A stretch of 64,000 bases of DNA from Heterodontus francisci (lineage: Eukaryota): contig NC_090404.1 in assembly GCF_036365525.1 (NCBI RefSeq), positions 13,730,550-13,794,549 on the forward strand, read 5' to 3'. Positions within the stretch are counted from its first letter, which is position 1, and each line of letters begins with the position of its first letter. The translations under genes and the position numbers were made by a program. This document shows positions 12,263-24,589 of this stretch, in pieces. The notes beneath the pieces are model-generated. The model made no database searches. It was given only the letters and a program-made list of their open reading frames with translations, and was not told where the DNA came from.

Positions 12263-12730
12263 ATGCCAGTCAGTGAGCTCCTACTCTTAAATGTTTCCTG
12301 CTTTTATTATGTGAGCAATAATCCCAACCCGTTTGCGATTTAATTATTATGACTTTCTCTAAATGTTTCTCACCCTGTTCTTTAGAGAGTGGACTTGCAT
12401 TTATCACTCATCGGCCAAGAGAAGATGTGACAATTCAAGAAGGAGAGATCCCCACCATACCCAGACCCGAAAGAGAAATGATGAGAGTTTGCCTGTAGTG
12501 GTACTGGGAGGGACAATGCGTGGGCCTGCAAATATTCTCATTCGCAGCACCAATGGGTTCACTGTCAATCCGAACTTTGCAAGACGGCGCTTCACCTCAT
12601 CTTTGGCCAAAACATACAGAGGCGTCAGTTTAACGGATTCAGAGGTGACAGCTGCCGATACCAGGACATACTTATGTGTCTTATTATCGCACACTGGGGT
12701 GTATGTAGGGCAACAGCCCATATATAAACT
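12263..12730 (+). pseudogene. TCR alpha/delta-type V pseudogene with degenerate 23-RSS
   Basis: Leader MPVSELLLLNVSCFYY|gtgagc (48 nt, wrong phase); exon 2 from 12386 reads ..EDVTIQEGE..CL*WY, frameshift, then NPNFARRRFTSSLAKTYRGVSLTDSEVTAADTRTYLC; CACTGGG-23-ATATAAACT at 12692-12730. Confidence 0.75.
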
Positions 12731-13049
12731 GGAAGGTGTTACGACAAGAAGACTGTGTCAGTAAATTCCCGGTATATTTTATAGTCCAATGAAATTGTGT
12801 TGTAAAATGGCCGAATGGAGAACTGTAACAATTCTTTCATCCAAACGTCTTCCTCAGTTTATCATAATCGGGCAGTCTGACAATTTTGTCGAACATTATG
12901 CATCCAAAGGAGTTGATTATTGTTGACCACAAATTGAAAAATCTAGAAAGCACCTGGACTCCCAAATTGCTTTACAAGAGTCTGTGTCCGAGTCAGGTGT
13001 CAAAATTTTATGACAGAGAATTCCACATTCACACCTCTGACATTGTGAG

Positions 13050-14140
13050 CAGAACACAAGAACGCAAGAAGAAATAGGAGCTGGTATAGACCATATGTCC
13101 CATCTAGCCTGCTCCGTCATTCAGTCCGGTTACGGCTCATCCAAGGCTCCAACCCCACTTTCCTACCTGTTCGCCATGTCCCTTGATTCCATGCGAGACC
13201 AAAATCTTTCTATCCCAGCCTTAAATGCATTCAACGATGAAGCTTCCATAACCCTCTGGGGTAGAGAATTCCCAAGATTCACTATCCTTTGAGTGAAGTA
13301 ATTTCTCCTCATCTAATGAGTCCTAATGATTGATCCTTTATCCTGAGACTGCACCCCCGTCTTTTAGATTCCCCGACAGCGGAAACAATCTCTCAGTGTC
13401 TCCCCTATCCAGCCCCTTCAGAATCTTGAATGCGTCAAGGAGATCACCTCTCATTCTTCTAAACTTCAGAGAATATAGGCCCAATTTACTCAGCCTCTCA
13501 TCATAGGACAACTCCCTCATCCCACAGACCAATTTAATAAATCTTCGCTGCACCACCTCAAGTGCAAGTATATACTTTCTTAAATGTGGAGACCAAAACT
13601 GCACACAGTATTCCAGGTGCGGTCTCACCAAAACCCTGTACAGTTTCAGTATTCCTGTACTCCAAGCCCCTTGCGATAAAGTTAAAAATTCCATTGTCTT
13701 CCTAATAGCCTGCTGCACCTACCTGTTAACATTGTGCGTTCCTTGTACGAGTACCCCCACGTCTTTCTGAACATCAACACTTACCAGTGAAACAACTTTT
13801 TAAAAAAAATTCTGCTTTTCTATTTTTACTATCAAACTGAACAACTTCACACTTCCCCACATTATAGTCCATCTGCCATCTAGCTGCCCACGCACTGAGC
13901 CTGCCTATATTTCTTTGCAGATGCTCTGTGTTCTCCCCACATCTTGCCTTTTCACATACCTTTGTATCATTTGAAAACTTAGATACACTACTCTCTGTCT
14001 CTTCACTTAAGTCATTAATATAGAATGTAAATATCTGAGGTCCCAGCACTGATACTTGTGAGACTCCACTATTCATTGCCTGCCAACTTGAAAATGTCCC
14101 GTATATGCCCATTCTTTGCTTCCTGTCAGCTAACTAATCC
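13050..14140 (-). mobile_element. CR1-clade LINE 3' fragment
   Basis: ORFs 13338-13718 (LVRPHLEYCVQFWSP) and 13774-14112. Confidence 0.88.
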
Positions 14141-14761
14141 TCAGTGGTTCCTTCACCAAAGGGACTACTGTTTAAACAGCCACACAGAAGGAATGAAAAA
14201 TCCTTTTTAGGGAAAGGGGCAAAAATGTTTGAGAGGCATAAATACAGCAGTATGGAGGAACCTTGGAAAAAATAATTCAGCAAAGTGCAAGTTAGTCCAT
14301 TTGACATTCAAGATTAATTAAGAATTTCACACAGAACAATGTAAAGAGCTTTATTTTCTTAAGGTTAATACAAATTGATCACAGCAACTGTGCATCAAAT
14401 TGAGAACAAAGCACATGTGGTCTGAGCTACTAGCTGTCTTTAAAACAGTAACAGACTAGACAGAGAAAATAGGGGCTCAACATAAAGGGAAGGAAACAGT
14501 TGTGAATACGGAATTACTTACAGATGAAATTCAAACAACAGTGAAACTTAAAAATACATTTACATTACAGACACGATTATCTCTTATATTTCCAAACAGA
14601 AAGAGGAAAATGTCGTTTATGATTTTGTAAGATACAGATTCGAATCTGTTAACTGAAGGCATTTTACTTTGACCGTCAACAGAAGGACATGTTGTACTTT
14701 CTTAATACAGAGATGTTAATAAACAAACGAGGAAAATCCATGGTACATGAAATTCAACCGA

Positions 14762-14770
14762 TCACTTGAC
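14762..14770 (-). CDS. IGHM: IgM cluster 1 TM2 exon (VK-stop)
   Basis: ttttttacag|GTC AAG TGA. Confidence 0.9.
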   Translation of the reverse strand, partial: VK

Positions 14771-14909
14771 CTGTAAAAAAGGATACAAGAAACAGGCAGA
14801 TATTTAGTGCTGTGGGCAGTTACCTCAGGGTTTCTATGAACGACAAGTATAGCGATTTATCAAACCGTTTCAGTCAGATTGTAGTGTGAGTGGTATTGAA
14901 TATTCTCAC

Positions 14910-15037
14910 CTTCACCAGAGTGACGGCAGTGCTGTAGAAAATGCTAAGGAAAAACAGGATGATGAATGTGGAAGCGGTTGTCCAGATGTTGCTGCTCTCT
15001 TCCTCATTGTCTTCAATCCAGATGTAGTTTGTGCAAT
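14910..15037 (-). CDS. IGHM: IgM cluster 1 TM1 exon
   Basis: ccgtag| [43 protein letters not shown] |gtgaga; antigen-receptor transmembrane (CART) motif intact. Confidence 0.95.
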
Positions 15038-15649
15038 CTACGGAGGTGCAGAGAAGGAAATATATTCATATCGTTTACTAATTCAGGATATTACATTGTT
15101 ATTGATATTCCATTTTATCTTCCTTAAGCTAATATTTTGTTCTCTAATTTTTTTAAAATTTTTATTTTTGTTAAGTTAACCTCTCTCAGCAATTTATCTC
15201 TTTCTCATTCCACAGCCGCTCTTCCTTTATCTTTCGAATACAGCCGTATTGGAAAATATAATACGTTTTCTTCAGTGCCAGGCGCTAATTTATTTTGGAT
15301 CAATTTCGTAAGATCTATTATTTGGAGAATTATAGTGACATATCAAGGAAGCTTTACTGACCAATAACTATTATTTCAATTATTGCTATAGGTATCTACT
15401 TATTTGGACACTGAAGAATGCTGGGTAAGATTTCGGATGTGAGTTCCAATCTTGTGTGTTTATTTGTGGCAGAAATGCATGGCACATCATGAACATATAT
15501 CAGTTTTTAAGCGAGACCGTTGCTTCTTCGTGTTTGTAGAACCAGCATGCATTCAGGATAATTGTTGGAGACAGTGTTCGCTCCAAAATTGCATTTGAAT
15601 TCTGCTTTCGCTTTGTGGCTGACATTTTTTGTTTACGTTTTACTGTTTG

Positions 15650-15960
15650 CGTCTGCGTGCATGAGTATCTCTTGCTTTACATTACTCTGTGTTTGTGTGT
15701 CCGTGCGTATGTGTTTATCTGTCCATGCATGTGTCTGAGTGCTAATGTGATTATTTATGTGTCCATGCATGTGTGTGCATGAGTGTTAATGTGTGTGTTG
15801 ATATGTTCATGCATGTGTGCATGAATGTTTTTGTGTGTGCTTGTGCGCAATAGTGTGTTGATGGGTGTTGGTGTCCCATGTGTGAGTATCAGCATCCGTG
15901 TCTGTGTGTATGTGGGTCTGGGTGTGTGTTTATATGTGTCAGTATGTATGCATTTTTATT
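15650..15960. repeat. Degenerate (TG)n-rich tract in the CH4-TM1 intron
   Basis: TG-rich low-complexity sequence; homologous longer tract at 58690-59460 in cluster 2. Confidence 0.8.
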
Positions 15961-16476
15961 TTTGTGCAAAGTTTCACAGAGTACCAACAATAGAGTTTTA
16001 CCCTGACGGTGTGCATTATAGAGAATACTCTTCACCTCTCTGTGTAGAAATGCGCTCTGTGTGAGATGCAATGTGACATCATCCACCGATGAGCTTCAGA
16101 AACATCAGGAAGAGAACCGTGAAAACCAGAGAAGGAGTCAACCACCGGTTTAGATTTGAAATATTAGAATTCAATCTCTTTGAACATGCCCGCAATACGT
16201 TTTGAAGATACGTTGCATTGATATATATTTACAATATGATTCCCATGTGGAAAGTTTAGAATCGTCATGCGGTGAACTGGAAGCTGACTTTGTACCGATG
16301 ACAGCTGAGTCCATATAATAGAGAACGGTTTCCTTCCAATCTCTCTAAAGGAGGAGTGGGAGTATTGTGGGTGAATAATTTCCTTTTCCCTCTCTCTGTT
16401 GGAGGGGTTGGGGGCGGAGATACAGTCAGTTTACCATTGCTCTTTTCAGTCCCTCTGTTGGGGATGTGGAGAAACA

Positions 16477-16808
16477 ATGGTTAACACCGCAGCTTCACAG
16501 CTCCAGCGACCCGGGTTCGATTCTGGGTACTGCCTGTGCGGAGTTTGCAAGTTCTCCCTGTAGCTGCGTGGGTTTTCGCCGAGTGCTCCGGGTTCCTCCC
16601 ACAGCCAAAGACTTGCAGGTTGATAGGTAAATCGGCCATTGTAAATTGCGCCTAGTGTAATTAGGTGGTAGGAAAATGGTGGGGATGTGATAGAGAATAT
16701 GGGGTTAATGTAGGATTAGTATAAATGGGTGGTTGTTGGTCGGCACAGACTCGGTGGGCCGAAGGGCCTGTTTCAGTGCTGTATCTCTAAATAAATAAAT
16801 AAATAAAT
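16477..16808 (+). mobile_element. tRNA-derived V-SINE (HE1-like), slightly 5'-truncated
   Basis: B-box GGTTCGATT, V-SINE core gcggagtttgcaagttctccc..gcgtgggtttt..ctcccaca, (TAAA)n tail; absent from the homologous site of cluster 2. Confidence 0.8.
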
Positions 16809-17345
16809 CGCCATTGCTCTCTATGGTGGAGAGTGAGAGTGAGAGGTAGAGGTGGTGAACCATTGCACTTTCCCCTCCCTCTGTTAGGGAAGTGGGGTTC
16901 ATTGGGTTAGTTAATCGTCCTTTATCCTCCCATTGATGGGAGATTATGCGTACAATCCGTGCTTGTGTTTGCCCCTCAATTCAGTTATCAGTGGGTGTGA
17001 TGCTGCAATTTAAAACTGACCCCAATTCTGAAGGGACGGAGAAAGCAAGAAGCAGGGACACCGAGATCGAAGTGAGCTGAGTTTGATTGTCGGAAATGGG
17101 AAATCGCCAGATTTCACCCAAGCGGGACGAAAGTTGCTGAAGATACGCTACGGCATCCTGTAATGAATCAGCTTTTATCTATTGATAACTGTGGTTGTTC
17201 TGATCGGGGAGCGCTGGCTGTCCAAGACGTGGGCGCGAGTCCTGAAAATATCCTATTTCAGATGAACAGACATAAACTTAGTAAAAGTGGGAAACAAAAT
17301 TAGTTAAGCGGCTGTGCATTTAAATCACGATTGAAGGAAATGGTC

Positions 17346-17361
17346 TTTATTGACTTTTATT
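17346..17361 (-). terminator. Polyadenylation signals for secreted IgM (cluster 1)
   Basis: Two AATAAA on the minus strand (17361-17356, 17351-17346) just after the stop codon. Confidence 0.75.
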
Positions 17362-17387
17362 TAAGATCTCGAATGCATTCGAGATTC

Positions 17388-17776
17388 TCATTGACATGAA
17401 TTGACAGTGTCCATCAGTGCAAGGGAAATGTTCACAAAACTGGGTTTACCGCTGGATTTATTAACTGTTCTGTTGATGATCTTCAAGGGGATCGCTTCAT
17501 GTCCCACCACACAGGAGTAAGAAGCGCCGCTGGCCCACTCCTCCGCTGCAATGGATAACAGGCTGTAGATGAAGTAGGAGCTATTGTCGTTCTCCGCCAT
17601 CACCTCGGTGTTCTTGTAGTTGCCGGGATTCACCGACTTGTCATTGACGGTCCACTTGACGAAGATCTCTCGGGGGGAGAAACCTCTCACTAAGCAGGTG
17701 AGGGAGAGGAACCTCTGAGCGGAGACTTCTGCCGGGGGCAGGAGGACAGTCACGAACGGTTCCTGCAGATTTGGAA
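17388..17776 (-). CDS. IGHM: IgM cluster 1 CH4 plus secretory tailpiece
   Basis: [42 protein letters not shown]...[43 protein letters not shown]; internal donor G|GTAAAC at 17450 for the TM splice; tailpiece N-x-S and penultimate Cys present. Confidence 0.97.
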
Positions 17777-18263
17777 CTGCAGAAAAATTAAAATAAATGT
17801 CAATAAACAGGAGAATTCCAGAGACAATGAAACCGGTGAGAGGATGTGAGAGGAATGTGCTTTGCGCTGAATTTTCAAGGTTTTCCCTTTCCCCTCTGGG
17901 GCCTGTCCTGTTTTCCAGCCCGGAGCAGAGGCGGATGCAATCTCTTTTTCAGAGCTTAAATGGACTGGAAAATTACAGCACAGGTACAAGCCATTCAGCC
18001 CTACTACTCTGTGTTGGTGTTTATGCTGCACACGATCCTCCTCCCACCTTAGTAACTTAAATAGCATATCCTGCTATCCCGTTCTCCATCATCACCTTAC
18101 CTAGCTTCCCCTTAAATGCATCACCTACGGTCCCAGATATATTTGTCAGTGGTCTTACAAATAAATTATCAGAATATTCCATTGGAGCACTTAATGAAAC
18201 GAATTGCACCAACACCAGAAATTGACACAACCGCTCACTTATTACTTCAACCTCACCGCTCAC

Positions 18264-18572
18264 CTTTTTCCTTGTGGATGGACTCTCTGAGAGGAGTCGG
18301 CAGATCCTGATGGCTCACCACGCAGTAGAACTCAGCCCCACTCAACCAGGCTTGTGTCGAGATGTTTACGGTGCTGATCACGCTGTCGGGATCCTCTCCG
18401 GGTTGGACGGCAATCTCCGATTTCAAAGGCGTCTTCTCTTGGGTCCAAGACACGTTGACGCCATAAGGAGCATTAGACACGACGCAGGTTAAGGTCACCG
18501 TCGCCTCCAGTAAGACCTGTTCTATTGAAGGTTGCTGAAAAGTAATCACTGGATCGGTGCATGAGGGAGTAA
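18264..18572 (-). CDS. IGHM: IgM cluster 1 CH3
   Basis: tttcacag| [43 protein letters not shown]...[22 protein letters not shown] |gtgagc; 309 nt. Confidence 0.97.
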
Positions 18573-18919
18573 CTGTGAAACAGAATTGAACCTTAATCAA
18601 ATCTTTAGCTTCAGAATTAGGACATCAGTATTCAGCCTCTACTTTCTCAAGGAGAGTAAATCACCTTTATGATATCAACCTTTCTGTTGCGCAAACACCA
18701 TCGTTATTTGAAGGATAATGACTAGACAACGATTTCGGGGCACCTTTTAACATTTCCTGTGTATTTTCTCCCCTGGTCCCTTATATTGACCGTGAACCAA
18801 ATTCACGGTGTAACATTTTGAATTAATTCAAGTGCAATTGTGTTTTTCACTGTATAACCTCATATCAAATATCCGCATAACAATTTGAGCATATTCACAC
18901 TGAGTAATGTGCCTCTAGA

Positions 18920-19870
18920 TCATGGAATCAGAGAATCAAGCAATGGTTACTGAACAGAAGGAAGTCATTCGGCCCTTCGTGTCAGTGCCAGCTCTCTGCA
19001 GGCGCAACTCAGCTCGCCCACTCTCTTGCATTTCCCCTTGGCCCTGCATGTTTTCTTTTTAGATAATTATCCAGTTCCCTCTGAAAGCCACGATCGAATC
19101 TGACTCCACCACCCTCTCCGGCAGTGCATTCTAAAACCTAGCCAATCGCTGCATATTTGTTTTCCTCATTTCGCCTCTGGTTCTTTTGACATTCATCGGT
19201 GTCCTCCGGTTCTCAACCCTTTCGCCAATGGTAAGCCTCTCGTTATCTACTTTGTCCAGTCACCTCATGATTTTGAACACCTCCATGGAATCTCCTCTCA
19301 ACCTTCTCTCCTCAAAGAAAAACCGTCCCAGCTACTCCAGCCAATCCACGTAACTGAAGTCCGTCTCCCTGGAAACATTCGCATAAATCTTTTCTGCTCC
19401 CTCTCTCAATCCTTCACATCCTTCCTAAAGTGTGGTGCCCACAATTGGACACAATAGTCCAGTTGAGGCTGAATCAGTGTTGTATTAGTGTATACCCTAG
19501 CTTCATTGCTTTTGTATCTATAGCCCGTTTATAAGGCCAGGGATCCTGTATGCTTTATTTAACTGCTTTCACAGCCTGCTCTGTCACCATCAGCAATTTG
19601 TGCACATATACCCTCAGGTCATTCCTGAACCCTCTTTAGAATTTATCCTTTATTTTATGTTGTGCCTCCTCGTTTTCCTACCAAAATGCATCATTTCACA
19701 TTACTATACATTAAATTCTATCTGCCACGTGTCCGTCCATTCCACGAGCCTGTCTATGTGCTGTTGAGGTCTAATCACTATCCTTTCTACAGTCCTCAAT
19801 ACTTCCAAGTGTTGTACCATCTGCAAATTTAGAAATGGTGCCCTGACATCCAAGTCTAGCTCATTTATAG
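18920..19870 (-). mobile_element. Decayed CR1-clade LINE 3' fragment
   Basis: Nucleotide similarity to the other CR1 3' ends in the window. Confidence 0.7.
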
Positions 19871-20899
19871 TATACACATATTCCTATCTATCGATTCCGT
19901 GCCCAGCGCATCTCCGCTGATTGTAATAGGTCCACCAGTTTTTTCAAGAGCTCTGCAAGCAAATTACGCCGATTCAAAACAAGTGTCAAATGAAATTCAG
20001 ACGCAACAGGAGACAAAGTTAATTTTATGGGTGTCTTTTTGTGTTTGTTGTGGCGACGGAAATGTGCTGCAACCAGTCGCAGTCCCAGTCAACCGAATAA
20101 TGAAAAGTGGGGAGAATGGAGTTCGAAGGAGTCTTTTGTGGTGTCGGACTTTGTAATGGCGGAGTGAGAGAGTTTGCTAGTATCTGCCATTAGTCAGCAT
20201 TTCTCATGTCTCAGTGTAGTGGGCGAGACGCAGAAGGAAATATTCCCTCAGGGCAGTATGTGGAAAATAGGAGCAGGAGGAGGCCATTCCACTCTTCGAG
20301 CTTGTTCCGCCAATAAAGTAAAACATATATAATCTGTATCTTAACTCCAATTATTCTCATGGGTACTGTTATCCTTGATACCCTTGCCTAACTGAAAGCC
20401 ACCAATCTCATTCTTAATTGGGGGCGGGGGAGGGGGGGGGGGGGTGGTTGTGGGGTGGGGGAGGGGGGTGGACGTTGTTTGGAGAGGAATGAAGGTTCCA
20501 AAGTTCTACTGCCCCTTGTGAAGAAATCTTTCTTGACATCATCCCTGAACAACATAGCCTTAATTTTAAGGTTACAACCTGTCGTTCTGGATTCATCCTC
20601 CAGATGAATTATTTCCCTTCCACCTACGGTATCAATTGCATTAATCACTTTAAACATCTCAAGTAGGTCACTCCTCAGTCTTCTATACTGAAAAGAATGC
20701 AAGCCTGGTCTGTGCAACCCTGTCCTCAGCGCTGCTTAAACTGAGCCCTGTCGCCTAAATAAAGTGTATGCCCTTGCAGGCATTGCTGTTCTGAACCAGT
20801 AAACGGTTTGCAGATACCTACAGCCACTCTGAATATGGTCAGCCTATGCAGGATAAAGCTGAATCTTCACTCTCTGTCCAACAAAAGGACAACTGATTT

Positions 20900-22500
20900 T
20901 GTGAGGTTATAGAATCCTGAACCCTGAGGAATTCTGCTTCAGAAAGAATGGTGGTTTCTATTCCCATTCCAGACATTTGAACACAAATGTGAGCTGACTT
21001 GCGCAATGTGGTACGGAGCGAGTACTGCATAATAACATAAGAACATAAGAAAAAGGAGCAGCAGTAGGCCATTCAGCCCCTCAAACCTGCCCTGCCATTC
21101 AATAAGATCATGGCTGATCTGTCCCAGTCGTCAATTTCTCTTTCGGGCCTGCTCTGCCTAACCCTCGACTCCCCGAGATTTCAAAAATCTATCTATCTCC
21201 TTAAATACATTTAGTGACCTAGCCTCCACAACTCTCTGAGGCAGAGAATTCCAGAGATTCACCACCCTCTGTGAGAAGAAATTCCTTCGCATCTCAGTTT
21301 TAAATGTGTGCTCCTTATTCTGTAAGTATGTCCCCTAGTTCGAGATTCCCCCACTAGAGGAAATATCTTCTCAACATATACCCTGTCGAGCCCCCTTAAA
21401 ATCTTATATGTTTCTATAAAATCACCTCTCATTCCTCTAAACTCCAATGAATAAAGGCCTAACCTGTTTAGCCATTCTTGATAAGAGAGCCCCTTCATCC
21501 CAGGAATCAGCCTAGTGAACCTTTTCTGAACTGCTTCCAATGCCAGTATATCCTTCTTTAAATACGGGGACCAAAACTGTACGCAGTACTCCAGGTGTGG
21601 CCTCACCAACACCCTGTACAGTTGTAACAGGACTTCCCTATTATTAAACTCTAACCCCCAAGCGATAAAGGCCAAAATTCCATCGCCTTCCTAATTACTC
21701 GCTGCACCTGCATGCTAACCTTTTGTGTTTCATGCACAAGTTCATCCAGATCCCTCTGTACTGCAGTATTTTATAGTCTTTCGCCATCTAAATAATAATC
21801 TGCCTTTTTGTTCTGCCTACCAAAGTGGATTACCTCACACTTTCCCACGTTGAACAACAACTACCATATGTTTGCCCACTCACTTAACCTATCTATTTCC
21901 CTTTGCAGATTCTTTGTGTCCTCATCACAACATACCTTGCCACCTATTTTTGTATTGTCAGCAAATTGGGATACACTACACTCTGGCTCTTCCTCTAAGT
22001 CATTAATGTAGATTGTAAATATCTGAGGCCCTAGGACCGATCCTCGTGGCACCCCACTAGGCTTTGTGCATAGTGCATTACTGCATTGTGGGAGGTGCGA
22101 ACTTTGGGGTGAGATGTTAAACCGAGGGCCTGGCTGCCCTTTCAGTTGGAAGTTCCCGCAGCACTAGCTCGTAAAAACGAGGCATGTTAGTTAGGTTACA
22201 AAAAACAAATAATGCGGCAGCTGGAAATCTGAAATAAAAACAGAAAATGCTGCAAATACTTAGCAGGTGTGTCTGTTTCCTGGTCAACATGTATCCCTGA
22301 ACAAGCACAACAAAACTCGCCAAAATATCTGGTCGGAATCACATTGCTGTTTCTAGGAGTTGATGTGCAGCAATTGCCTTCAGAATTTTGTACATTACCA
22401 TGGCAACTGTATTTAAACCCCAGTCCATTGGCTGTCAAGTATTTTGGGAAAATCTGAGGTCGCTAAAAGGCGTTTTATAAAGGAAAATCTTTCCTTTTGT
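20900..22500 (+). mobile_element. DeuSINE (SacSINE/AmnSINE-like) split by a nested CR1 and a Penelope-like fragment
   Basis: SINE pieces at ~20900-21030, 22060-22190 (ggaggtgc..gagatgttaaaccgagg) and 22270-22500 (tcacattgctgttt..cattggctgt..ctgaggtcg..aaaggcg). Confidence 0.55.
21030..22060 (-). mobile_element. CR1-clade LINE 3' fragment
   Basis: ORFs 21259-21675 and 21861-22052 (GSVLGP, FADNTK, LVRPHLEYC). Confidence 0.88.
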
Positions 22501-22643
22501 TTTTCCATTGCAAGAATGCATAAACGGCACACTTGGAAAATAAAAGCAATTCTGGGCTTTGCAATAGTTCTAATAAAATTCTTAACTTGGACTGAGATTG
22601 GCGCTCCGAATGACCTGGAACGTCCCAGGTTTGCATCTCTTAC

Positions 22644-22955
22644 CAGAAGATCCGGTAATGTTTCGGCTTTGGGTGACCCCTTTATGAGAGACCTGGCAGG
22701 TATAGACCGTGTTGGTGAACCATTCTCTTGCGGGAATTGTCAGCCGACTGGTCGCAGAGAAGTTCCCGTTCACTTCAAAGACGGGAGACGTGACGAAGCC
22801 CGAATCCATGAGATGTCCATCCTTCAACCAACTCACGACTATTGATTTTGGACGGAAATCAACGATTGAACACACGGCGGTTGCAAATCTGTTGCTTGCA
22901 ATTTCTTCACTGGAACTCAGAGTGAGGATAACCGATGGGTGATGTACCACAGGAC
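22644..22955 (-). CDS. IGHM: IgM cluster 1 CH2
   Basis: ttgaag| [47 protein letters not shown]...[20 protein letters not shown] |gtaaga; 312 nt. Confidence 0.95.
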
Positions 22956-23199
22956 CTTCAAGAAGATATGTGTTATTGGAATTTAATGTTGTTGCAATTC
23001 AAACAACTAACAACTGTATTGTATTTAAGATGGAATCTACAAAACAGTGTTCTATGAACACCTGAATCTGGATAATGCTGTATGTCTAGCTAACCCAATA
23101 TTGTATACAATGTGAACATGATTTCTCTGCTTATCACAGCTCCCACCCCCAACTCACCAGCATCGCCCACCGTCGATTCCTCTATCCCACAACACTAAC

Positions 23200-23499
23200 C
23201 TGGAATTTCCTTGATCCAGACTGACTCTCCCCGTCGAACCTCGCAGTAGATTGTGCCGCTTCCCACCTCTGACTCAGAGATGGTTAACTGGCTGCACAGG
23301 GTGTAGGTTCCCTTCTTGTTCAGCACTGACGGGTAAGTCTTCAATCCAGTGGTGATCGGCTCATTATCTTTCTTCCAGGAAACGGTGGTGATTTCGGGGG
23401 AGTAGTCCTTCGCCAAACAGCCGTAGACCACGGAGCCGTCAATGTTGAACTGTTCACAGGAGGAGAACAGGCCGTAAAGGATGGGGGGAGACGGTGTTG
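23200..23499 (-). CDS. IGHM: IgM cluster 1 CH1
   Basis: tttcccag| [100 protein letters not shown] |gttagt; 300 nt; matches shark C-mu1. Confidence 0.96.
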
Positions 23500-24589
23500 C
23501 TGGGAAAGAACAGCCAACTTAACAAGTTAGACCCTGTGATCCGTGCTGATGGAATAAACAAACGAATCTAGGTTTGGCAACAGGTGTATTCTAATTCTAA
23601 CGTTTTCCGATCAGAACATGCTCTTAGGAGTTTATGGACCCGACGTCAAACGCTTTCCTGTAACAACAGTCTTATGCATTGGAAAAAGGCACGAGTCTGA
23701 AATCCTGCCCTTGGGGCCCCGAGTGAATGATGGAATATTGTTATGATGGACTTCCTCCAGCTCTTTATTCCCTGTTAAGGAACACGGCCCTCATTCCACA
23801 ATTAATTTCCGTTGTTTCATCAGGGCGATAGAAAGTTTTATTTTCATACATCTGGATCGAACACTAGGAATTTAATTGTTGATTGCAAATTCAGCCTCCT
23901 TGAATAACACCTAACCAAGCACTCTCGGGCCCTATACAGCATGGATTATATAGACTAATGCTCCCTGCACTGTCAGATGAGGTGTAGCAAGGGTTGGATG
24001 CAGAGGGCTGCTGCTTCCACACAGTCATGTCAGACACTGCGGGTCAAGCATAAAAATAATTAAATACCGTTTTGCACTAACAGATTAGATTCAAAACGAT
24101 ATAGACGGAGAATACAGCACCCTATCAAGTGCCCCGTGAAATATTCATAGCTCACATACAGAGTCCAAAAACGCTCTACACTGTCAGATCAGATGCTGCT
24201 TGGTTTAGATGCAAAATAAAACGTTATCCATACTTTCCAGTTAAACATTCACAACTCTAGTACAGCACAGGTTGGATACAAAATATCCTAGACCGTAAAA
24301 TGCAGCTTTAATTTCCCCCAGGTTCGTTATAACAGAGTAAATCTAACATACATATTAAATCTTCATATACACTTTCGCATCAAATCTTCCCAGGTCAACT
24401 ATGGCGCTATTAGATATGGGATTTAACTATATAGAAGTTGACAAACAATCCTCACTTTCTTGTCAATAATCGGTTAGATACACAGAGTCCAGATCCCGGT
24501 TCACTATCCCATCAAACACTCTCAGGGCATTTACCGCACCGAATCGATGCAGATCTCCCTTTGCAATGGTCCATCAAACACTTCCTGCT

